Assembly: GCA_000934665.2 (NCBI GenBank) | Contig: KZ538811.1 | Location: forward strand, 1-47,228 | Length of the DNA: 47,228 nt | Direction of reading: 5' to 3' | Source of the DNA: Catajapyx aquilonaris | Taxonomy: Eukaryota | In this document: one piece after another, positions 1 through 9,965 of the stretch | Layout: every line of letters begins with the position of its first letter | Position numbering within the stretch: the stretch's first letter is position 1 | Program-made: the position numbers and the translations under genes | The notes under the pieces: generated by a model | Told to the model about the DNA's origin: nothing | What the model saw: only the letters and a program-made list of their open reading frames with translations | Databases searched by the model: none

Positions 1-285
1 AATAATAATAATAATAATTATTATTATTATTATTATTATTATTATAATGATAATGATAATGATAATGATGATGATGATAATGATAATAATGATAATTATA
101 ATGATAATAATAATGATAATAATAATGATAATTATAATGGTATTAATAATGATAATTATAATAAAAATTTTAATGATAATTATAATGGTAATAATAATGA
201 TAATTATAATGATAATAATAATGATAATTATAATGATAATTATAATAAAAATTATAATGATAATAATAATGATAATTATAATAAT
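1..285. repeat. Degenerate trinucleotide microsatellite (AAT/ATT/ATG)n
   Basis: (AAT)n then (ATT)n at 1-45, followed by mixed ATA/ATG/ATT triplets; explains the spurious I/M-rich ORF 47..346. Confidence 0.95.
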
Positions 286-707
286 ACAGCAACAGACAAT
301 CCTCATATCGCATGGATTCGCTTTTACTTTTACTCATTGTCAATAGGGCCCCTGGGGAGGAGGGCAGGAGTGCAGTGAAGAGAAGGGGCTTTCGTATGCA
401 TGTGTAAGTAGGTTATCTCAAGTTTCCATACTTCACTTCCACTGAATATCCAAAAATGTCCGTGGAAAAAAACATTAAACTATTGCCAATTTCCTATACT
501 GCAGCATTGCAATTTGAAATCCCGCCGGAAATCAAGTTCCAATATGGCGGAGAGACAATACCCTGTCTAGGGTGAGGACGGCACTCATGTAGGTTACCCT
601 GGCTCACATTTGGGAAGTATTACCACTTGATTGCAAGGCTCCTTCCATCCTTCCTTGGCATTAGGGAGCGTGCCCTGGCAGCCTCAATTAGCGTTGAGGT
701 TGTGAAA

Positions 708-1670
708 ATGGCATGCATTCTGATGCCGACCCGTGTTGTGTCGACCGCCATCCATGTGAGGACACTGGTGCGACGCTTTCTGAGCAGTGGTGGGGAGAAG
801 AGCATTCCTCCTGGCCAGTGCAGGACCTCCCAAGATGTGGGGCGCCTTCTGGCTGAGCTGCACAGTGTCAGCTCCCGCAGTAGTCACCGAGGCGTTGTGG
901 TGATGGCTGGGGCTGGGCTTAGCACAGCCAGTGGAGTGCCAGATTTCAGGTCAGCTGAGACCGGCCTCTATGCCAACCTGGACCAGTATGGGAAGCTTCC
1001 TTACCCAGAGGCCATTTTCGACCTGGGTTTCTTCAGGGATCAGCCCAAACCTTTCTTGCGCTTGGCAAAGGATTTGTACCCTGGACCAACGCTGCGACCC
1101 AATGCCGGGCACTATTTCTTGAAGCTGCTGGACCAGAAAGGACTCTTGCAGAGGGTGTTCACGCAGAATATAGATGGATTGGAGCATGAGACAGGGTTGG
1201 ATGAAGAGAGGATTATGGAGGCACATGGAACTTTGAGAAGAGCTGCTTGCATTGACTGCTACACCTTTACAGATGCAGGGAAGGTGAAGGACACTATTTT
1301 GAGCAGTGGCATCCCGCGGTGTGAGACGTGTGGAGGGATGGTCAAGCCAGCTATTGTGTTTTTTGGGGAAGCACTACCTGAAAGGTTTTTTCAGCTTGTC
1401 CCAGTGGACTTGACCAGTGAATGCAGATTGCTGCTGGTTTTAGGGACATCACTGGAGGTACATCCATTTGCTGGGGTGGTAGAAGAAGCAGATGAGCACT
1501 GCACGCAGAGGGTGCTGTTGAACAAGAGCCAGGTGGGGACCATGGGACTCAGGCCCTCTGACTTGCTCCTCCTGGGTGACCTGATTGAAATGGTGCAGGA
1601 AGTGACCAAGGCTGCAGGGTGGGAGTCTGACCTGCAGGCACTGTTAGATGCCGACATGCAGAAGCGCTAG
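708..1670 (+). CDS. SIRT3: NAD-dependent deacetylase, class I sirtuin with probable mitochondrial presequence (SIRT3-like); single coding exon, 320 aa
   Basis: First in-frame ATG at 708. Motifs GAGLSTASGVPDFRS, TQNIDGLE, EAHG (catalytic His), Zn tetrad CIDC...CETC, KPAIVFFGE, GTSLEVHPF. N-terminus is Arg/Ser/Thr-rich and acid-free (MACILMPTRVVSTAIHVRTLVRRFLSS). SIRT2/3 clade is secure; SIRT3 over SIRT2 is inferred from the presequence. Confidence 0.8.
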   Translation: MACILMPTRVVSTAIHVRTLVRRFLSSGGEKSIPPGQCRTSQDVGRLLAELHSVSSRSSHRGVVVMAGAGLSTASGVPDFRSAETGLYANLDQYGKLPYPEAIFDLGFFRDQPKPFLRLAKDLYPGPTLRPNAGHYFLKLLDQKGLLQRVFTQNIDGLEHETGLDEERIMEAHGTLRRAACIDCYTFTDAGKVKDTILSSGIPRCETCGGMVKPAIVFFGEALPERFFQLVPVDLTSECRLLLVLGTSLEVHPFAGVVEEADEHCTQRVLLNKSQVGTMGLRPSDLLLLGDLIEMVQEVTKAAGWESDLQALLDADMQKR

Positions 1671-2666
1671 CATGATAACTTGTTATTACTGTCAATGCCG
1701 TTCAAATATTGAATTGTATTACCAGTGCCAGTATTGAATATTATGTTGGAATGTCAACATTACAGCAACCACTGACACTCCATTTCATGTACTATGCTAA
1801 AACAAATTAATGCAGTATTGTTGCCGATTAAAAATATGCTTTTAATATCGTATCATGTGCACTTTATTGAAATGTTGAGAATTTCTCCATAGTTATTATT
1901 ATGGTACTTTGTATCATGGCCTGCTTTGTGTGATCATTTTCTGTGGGTGGGTAGGTGAACAGACATCTTGGGTGAGGCGAGGCCTGAGGCACACCAGTCT
2001 CCAGGATAAGAAAACGGTGTTTGAGATAGTCTCTTGGCTTATTAGAATTCAGGGTTTCCAAATGATGCACTTTTAAATTCATTTCAATTGTGCATGTGAA
2101 TTATTATCCGAAGCTGTAAGTGTGAAATATAATAATTTATTGGGTAATTTTTGGCTGAAAGACTTATGCTTAATATCCTATGCTACACCCTTTCCTCACA
2201 CTGGAGACTACTTCATCACATCAACGAAAATGTAATTACCACGTAACAATAATGCCATAATTTCAAGTTGATGTAGTCGCACGTGAGGAAAGGGATCGAA
2301 AAGAGAAAGGAAAGAAGGATAAGCATGCCAAGAAAAACACCATTCCCGAGACCCAACTGGCCCACTGGACTGTTTATTGAACTGTCCCAAACATGCTTCC
2401 CTCCCAAGTCCCAACTCATTTCCTTGGAAACCATCACTTCACTGTATTTATGCAAGAATCACATGTTCGTAGGTTCTGTAAACATTCTCTTACCAATGCA
2501 GATATTTTGAAATTACCTCGCCTAATAAGACACTCTTGGACTCATTATGAACAGGACTTGCCTACAACTGAGATCAATCATCAGAAACCTTTGAAGCACC
2601 TACCCCAAATCACCAGCAGGCATATTGGACAACTAGAACAAGAGTTGGGAGAAAATAGAGAGAGAT

Positions 2667-4138
2667 ATGGATGAAAGGAATAATGAGGGGCAACAACGGA
2701 AGGAGAGTGATGAGATGGTTGGGAGATGGGTTGATCACTGCCAACAGGAAGAGCCATATGAGGTATGGAAATAGACTATTTTGTGTAAACTTAGCAATAT
2801 TTCGACCAGTGCAGTGGCTGGATTCACAAATGGCCACTCTTTCAAAACTACGAACTTTTGTGTTCCAGGATGGTGAAGAATCCTTGAGTAGTGAGGATGA
2901 ATTGCCACAAGAGGTACATGGTTACATGTATAATGATGACATGGATAAAGGTTTCTGGGTCCGCGAGCTGAATGACCTTCTCTGTGAACCTCGTGACATA
3001 GGTGACCTGCACAAAATTAACTACAAGAATGAGAAGCTTGAAGATGACACCTCAATTACACGCCAAGCAAAAGTCCTTCACGACCAAAGCTCTGCCCTGC
3101 TGAACCTCACACGCATGAGCTCACCTGACACAGAAAGGCAGCCTAATACTCCCTGCAGTTCCCACTCTTCCAGGCAGTTGTCTGGTAAGTCCACCGCTTC
3201 ACACACCAGTGAGCCCCTAGCTCCTGAGTTGCGTGGTAACTTGGAAGAGATACGCCAGACTGAGGTGTACCTTGAAATTCAGTTGGCTCATGAAAAGCTG
3301 GAGAAAGAGGAGACATCTCGCTACAGGCAGGAGCTGTGGGGTGACCTGGCAAAGGAAATGGCAGTGAAATGGGAAGGGAACAGGGAGAATGGGAGAACTA
3401 AGCTGAAGACATTGCCAGGGGTAGAAGCAAACATGAATGCCTTTGTGTCCATGAAGGAAAAAGGAGATGAGGAGTGGCATAAAATTTTCGAGAGAGCCAA
3501 GGAAAGTGAAAGGCAAATATCATTATCTAACATAGAAGAGGGTGACGAAAATGCATCAACACCAACGGCTTCAAAGTCGTCAGGGATGGAGGCAGCCATG
3601 GTTCCCTTCGTTCAGTTTGAGTCGTTCAAGGGTGAATACATGGGAACGGATGAGGATTCACGTGAAGAGGAGGAAGGGGGAGTGAAGAATGTTGTGCCAT
3701 CTTTAGACAAGGAGCAGGAAAAGGAGAAGAAGAAGAAGCCGTTACCACCAGCCATCCAGAAGAATATCGAGGCACGCTATATTTTTGCAAATCATTTAAG
3801 TAACTACTGGAGTGTAATGTGTGGAAGCGTTTGCATGTGAGTATTGATATTATCAGATGGAAGTTCTTGACTGTGTGCCTGTAGTGGTGCAAACTAGGTC
3901 AGCAGTCTTCAGCCAGTGGTCCAGGTACCCTACAGGTTCTTACACCTGTCCAAAGGGTTTCACAAGGATAGGTAATGACCTATTTATTAGTCTGGTCCAA
4001 TAACAGTAAGGCAGTTCTCAGATCCATTACTTTCATACCAGAAAAGGAGAAACTTGAAATGAATATCTCCACATACCATCTGATGTAGGTCGACAAATGT
4101 GTAAGAATGGTCTCAGGCTAAAAACTCTGTCTCACGAC

Positions 4139-4210
<72 letters not shown>

Positions 4211-5644
4211 GATACCCCGTGATAGGCCCCTTGGGCCTCTTAGGGGATCATCTTTTGAATGACCGACTTTAATCATTTGCCTGTAATGTGATGGATTTTG
4301 ATTGCGGGAGGAAACGGGAGAACCCCGAGAAAACCCACGCGAACACGGAGAGAACCCATCGAAACTCTGTCCACATAAGTATCCTCCGTCCGACCCGGGG
4401 ATCGAACTCGGGACCTTAGAGGCGGAAGGCTGCGGCGCTAACCACTCGGCCACCGTGTTGCCCCTCTGTCTCATGACTTTATTTAAGGGTGCCAGCTGTC
4501 TTGTAACGTCTTGTCAACAGAGCTGGCACCCAAGGGGGGGGGGGGGNNNNNNNNNGGGGGGGGGGGCACTTCACATGCGTTTGTGACATTTAAACCTTTT
4601 CATTAGAGGTACGATATTTATGAAATGAATGTGTATTTTCTACATTTTTTAACAAGAATCTAACAAAAATTAAATTACAGCCTTCTAACTGTGGTGGGGG
4701 GACGCTGTGTGGCCACAGCTGGGTACAGTACATAATACCTTGTGAATAATTGTTCGACACGTGCACCGATTCTCCACGCATATAAAGATTGCAAACTTTA
4801 GCCTTGATCTTGTTACGACACTTGTCGACCTTGCCCTTTAGCTCGTTCTGCCTAAGCAAATTGTGACCTCAGTAATAGGTATAGGCCTACAAGTCTCCTA
4901 CACAGCAAGCTGGTAAAACTGTGCTACTTTCAGATGGCAGCTGCTGGACGACCACTTGTTGCATTCACTGCAGAAGACGAGACACGTCTGAATGAGATCC
5001 TTGCTCCAAAGAAGGAAGGCATGGCAGAAGGGCAGTCTGACAGTGCTGAAAACTGCAACAGAGCCTGCCAGAAGTGGGAGGACGTGAATGGATACCACAT
5101 GACACAAGATCAAGAAAAGCGCATGAACGAAATTAATGATCAACTCGGTGTTCTTGTCCCAATGGATGGCCACTTGATCTCACATCCTGAGCTAAGATGT
5201 CTGAAAGGCTGTACCAAGAATCAGCTGACAGAGGTTAAGAAAGATAGTAACACGATAGGATGGAGAAAAGAACTAGAGGATCAGCGTCGACTCAGGCAAG
5301 TTGAATCTAGTCTCATGGTGATGTCTCAGGAGGCAAATGGGTTCCGGCCGGTAAAAGCACTGTCCAGGGAGGAAGTAGATGTTTTAGTGAAGCGATGCAA
5401 GAGGGAACTCAACTTGGCCCAAAGAGAAGCTGATATGGAAGAAGATCCAGAAGGAATGGAGTTAGTTCTGGTGCCTAAGCTATCACAAGAGATAATTGAT
5501 GGTTTGTTGGAAGAGGCCAAGTTCATAATGCAGCCAAGGTCCTTCGTAGATTCAGTAAGTGATGATAGCAGCTACACGGCTGAAAAAGATATCCACATCA
5601 TTTCAGCCAATGAGGATTACCATGTTGCTATTGAAGAGTGTTAA
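2667..5644 (+). CDS. FSIP1-like (fibrous sheath-interacting protein 1 family) acidic/coiled-coil protein; exons 2667-2762, 2869-3771, 4934-5644 (569 aa; 5' end uncertain)
   Basis: Long ORFs 2671..3840 and 4934..5644. Joined peptide IQKNIE|MAAAGRPLVAFTAEDETRLNEIL and later blocks QEKRMNEINDQL and DQRRLRQVESSL resemble FSIP1 conserved blocks as I recall them. Phase-0 GT-AG intron 2763-2868; intron 3772-4933 is modelled with a GC donor. Confidence 0.6.
4141..4463 (-). mobile_element. tRNA-derived SINE with (TTA)n tail, in FSIP1-like intron
   Basis: Minus strand: A box TGGCCGAGTGG, B box GTTCGATCC, 3' end ...CACGGGGTATCC(ATT)n. 16-bp target-site duplication CTCTGTCTCA(C/T)GACTT at 4125-4140 and 4464-4479. 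Confidence 0.9.
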
Positions 5645-7044
5645 TATTGAAAAGTAACCCCGCTTTATTCATTGTGACTCAACATACAGAATATAGGAGG
5701 CATGCTGATTATTTTACTTAGTGACTGGATTTCAGCTGCCACATGTTTTTCATAACAGAAACAAACATGTCAACAAATGCTATGAGGTGGGGAAAAAAGT
5801 TTGCCTTTGGCCTCTGAATTTTGGCGCCACCATGAGGCACAACCATGAGAAAAATGGCAGTCAACAAGACTACGCTATTACTACATTAATCCTAGATCCA
5901 AAATTCATCAAGATTCAGTCTAGTTTGGCCCAAGACTTACCCCTGGGAGTAATACATAAACTTTACAAGGGCTGCCAGAAACAAAACAGTCATGTCCAAA
6001 ATATGAATCTCACTTGCTGGTACCACTTCATAGCATGCGGCCATGGGCATGTCCTGAGAAGAATAAATCTTACAAGGAACAAAATGCAGCAGATTTTTCA
6101 TCCATGTTTTCAGAAGGACAAGAATTTGTAGTCTCAAGGCATTTACATATCGGCAATGTAGCACCAAAAATGAATGATTTGCCATTTGGCTGGGACCTAT
6201 CTTGTGATGTAGTAATATGCCTCCAAAAGCAATGTATGGCATTTTGTCTGGCGAGATATGTGCTCCAGCATTGCTTCTCTCTTTCTCGGAACGAGAGAGT
6301 AGTGACGTAAGAATGCAATGCTACATTGTAACTAGACCAGGTGACCTTGGGGAGTCAATGGGGAGCAGGTAGGGGCAAAGAGAAAATGCTCTGGGGAAGA
6401 GTGGCCAACATGGCAGGGATCTTTGAGTAAGGCACAGTGAATGTAGTTTGCAGGCATAGGAGCAACTTGATCATGAAGGAGGCAATGAATATCCTATGTA
6501 AGACAAGCCCTTAAGGAACAATAGCTAGTTAAGCCACTGTAGTGTACCGTAAAGAGTTGTAACTGGGACAACACTGACACAAATATTTTGTTTCCATCCT
6601 ATTGGCCCTTGCCACAAGACTGAAAGCTACTGGTTTATCACATCCCTGATTCACTGATACATTCTGAGCAATGAACGGAGGGTCTCCACCTTGCTTCATG
6701 CTGTTACAAGAGTGACACTGACAGTTTCCTACTGAATATTGCTTGCAATATCCAACATCACAGAAATGTGAATGTGCTTTACTGACAAGAGAGTCTTCCT
6801 GCAACAAAAACTTCTTCCTCTTTCTACTCATGGCCATGTGGATGTGTAATTGACCCCTGGACCCATCAAGTTTACCAACTCAAATGGCATAAACATATTG
6901 AATTTTTGGACATTTAATGTTGTTCCCAGCAGCCCTCCATACTCTACGCAATAACTTTGCATACATTATTAGTGATTGTCACAGGTAAATTGGTTAAAAA
7001 GGGAAGCACCATTAAAGCAGTGAAGTGCACTTTTGAAATGACAA

Positions 7045-8658
7045 TCATCCCGTTAGTCCAAAGACCTTGAGCGCATTGTAAGTAGTAGCAATAGAGACTT
7101 TCTCTGCAGGAAGCTGCATGTAGGCAGCCACCATCTCTGCAGTTGCAGGCAGGGAGCAGGGTTCATTTCGTTGAAAGGTGCAATAACGCTGAAGAAACAC
7201 CAGTGACCTGGAACAAAATGCCAGTGTGTTATAAGTGCAACAAGGGAAAGCAACCTGTGATGATTTTCTAATTGGTTTGAAGCCTGAAAGCGTTGGTTAC
7301 ACACTGAAACATAACAACCTTTTTTTTTCGCATTTGAGTATGTCAAGCTAAAAGTTTTAAATTGACCTGTTTCATCAAAACACTGTGTGCAAACAACTAT
7401 CTGATTATTAGCTGTAGCATGCAATCCTGTACCTCTGTGAGATAGCAGACTTGACATGGGGTGGAAGACGTGATGCTCGGGTGTTTGGGAACATGAAGGG
7501 AGCATCACTAGACAGCATCATCCGGTCCAGAGGTATGGTCCCATCCTGAAGTGCTGCCCGCAGGCCTTCATCTTCAGTGGCACTCCCACCTCCTCCACCT
7601 CCACCTTTCCAGAGCTGCCCAGAGACCCCTATGTTGAGCCCAAGTGAAAGGTACATCCTGGCCTCCTCCTTCCCACCTCCAAACCCCAGCAGTAGAGTAG
7701 GGGGCATCCCATCCTGATTCTCCCTAAGGAGCTTCACCATCTCTTGGTTTGCCCCCTTCTCCTGGACTACTAAGGGCATCCTCAGTTCCTTGGCCAGCTG
7801 CACATGGCGTTGCACTACTTCTATCTGTGCAGCAGGTGGTGACAGGCATCTGTGAAAATCCAGTCCACAGGCCCCTACTGCAACACATTCTGGGTTCAAG
7901 GCTAGCTCTCTGAGGCTGCGATATGTATCTTCAGGGTCAGAGTCAGGGTCACCACCCCAGAACTTGGCCTCATGGGCACAAACACCAGCAGTGCAGTAGA
8001 TGTTGCTGGGGTAAAGGCGGGTCAGGCGGAGGGCTTCCTTGCTCACATGAATGGAAGTGCCTGGGACTATTAGCTTGTGCACTCCTGCAACACAAGATAA
8101 TTGCTGTAATTCCTGTAGTACCTCTAATTCCCTGTACAAATTCGAGTGATTAGACAAAATTATCATCAGTAAGGAGAAAGCAATGCAGTTATTGGAGAGC
8201 AGCTACCTTTTAAAAACAGTTATGCATTGAAAACTCTTATTGGCTGCTTGAAGGACATTGGTATACTAGGCCTCCAATAGAAATCCAAAGGTCAACCCAC
8301 ATGTAGACAATGTAGGCTTCTCAGGACAGCCAGGACTGTGTAAGTCGGAATATTGCTTCTTCTCTTAATTATACTTTATACAGGTGCAGTTTTGTTAGCT
8401 TCCCATATGACCCATGGCTTTCAAGAAATAGCAACATAACATACCGGCATCCCTAGCTCTCTGCACCACTGAGTCAAGATCGCGAGCATACTTCTTGCTG
8501 GTTAGGTGGGCCCCAACATCCACTATGATGTAATGCTGAGGAGGAATCACTCCTTCTTCCCCTACTTGTGATGCTGTTGAGTGTTCCGCATGGCTGTCAT
8601 GTACTGCCCCCACTTCCTCCACTACCTCTCCTTCCATGATCCTAGGTGCTTCTGCCAT
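7045..8658 (-). CDS. TatD-family (amidohydrolase-fold DNase-like) protein; exons 8658-8445, 8084-7433, 7207-7045 (342 aa)
   Basis: IVDVGAHL, DLDSVVQRARDAGVHKLIVPGTS, CGLDF, DAPFMFPNTRASRLP, RYCTFQRNEPCSLP, TYNALKVFGL. GT-AG introns with matching phases (1, 2); total 1029 nt. Confidence 0.92.
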
Positions 8659-9589
8659 CACTCATTATCCTTCAGTGCTTCAGTATGACCTGGCAACTGA
8701 TAAAAAACTGCTGCAAGCAATGTAAACAATTAAAGGTGTCACTCATCAAATATTCTAAATTCCTATCTTTGAAGATTGGTTAATGTGCATGTTGACCCTT
8801 TAAGCAACAAAACTCTGACCGTTTCAATTTCAAACACATTATTCCAGTCAAGACATTTTGCACCAATAAAAGAGCAAATCCTCGCATATCCTAGAGACCT
8901 AGACTTTCACTGCAGGAATAATTCCAATCTGCATCTTCTAAGTCTTTCAATGTCTCGTAAGTCAGTGGCTAATTCACAGCTTTATGATGCTGCAGCCTGC
9001 AAGTGGCTGTGATCAAATAAATCTTGGCAGCATTCTCATATGAACAGACACCCTTCACACCTATTTAGCCATCCAAGCTGATACTCCGAGACCCAAATAA
9101 TGCAGCTACAAATAAAGAGAAATTGCCCCACATTGTAGGGTACAGCCCAAGACAAATATTACCTGCCAATGAGAGATGCTTAAAACTGCCAACACATGTA
9201 CCGAATTTTAGAACTGATGACGATTCTTTGCCTCATGCTCAAGTCTATTTTACTTTAGGTTACTTTTCCTATTTTATTATTTTTGGGGGCACTGTACTGC
9301 ACAATAGATTTCTGGCATTGGTATGTACGTGATATAAATCAAGAGATGTCTTGCATGTCTTCTGGAATGTGGCTTGTTATGCAGCACAGAATGAGTGGGA
9401 GTATTTGGTTAGACAAGTACACATACCAGCAAATCCTGAAGGCACACATGGATGGGGTGCAGAGGGGTGGGCCGAATTCCTTCCCCAGCTCTTCTCTTGC
9501 TCTTGGACGAGGGCACCCTCCGCCTGTCCGCCCTTTGCTTTCCTTCCTTCCTTTCCTTCCCTGCCTTCCACCCTCAATCAGCTGACTGT

Positions 9590-9965
9590 GAAGGAGAAGA
9601 GATGAAGCTACGATCATCTTATAGAACCTCATCTGGAATAACAAATATGGCCGTCACACTCGAAAATGCGTCACTGACATGCCATGATCCATGGTCGAGA
9701 TCCTATGATTAGTGAAATAATAATAAAATCAATTTATTTCAATACAATAATTAAGAAAAAAAAAATCTTCGCCCGACAGAGTTCATCCTTGATATGAAAT
9801 GCCATATTTTTTAATTCTCACGTGCCATTGTTTTAGTTGGCAACATCGATCAGAGTAGGTTGCAGACCTTTTAGTGTGCTGCTGCAGCGAAGTTGTCGAG
9901 TCAGTTGACGGTGCATTTCTGTGGTCCGTGTCGGGTTGTCTGGGCCAGGGTGGGTGTCCGCCGAG
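9590..9965. promoter_or_regulatory. Probable bidirectional promoter, TatD (-) / PSMD9 (+)
   Basis: TCAGTT initiator at 9901-9906, 60 nt before the PSMD9 ATG. YY1/Pho-like AATATGGCCG at 9644-9653. A minus-strand donor CTG|GTATGT near 9426 suggests a TatD 5'UTR exon. Confidence 0.5.

Noticed and set aside
47..346. Ile/Met-rich 99-aa ORF
   Set aside because: It is a translation of the microsatellite
2216..2455. Minus-strand 79-aa ORF with a hydrophobic segment; minus-strand AATAAA at 1863-1868
   Set aside because: The hydrophobic stretch reflects a purine-rich + strand; no family recognised and no supporting splice structure
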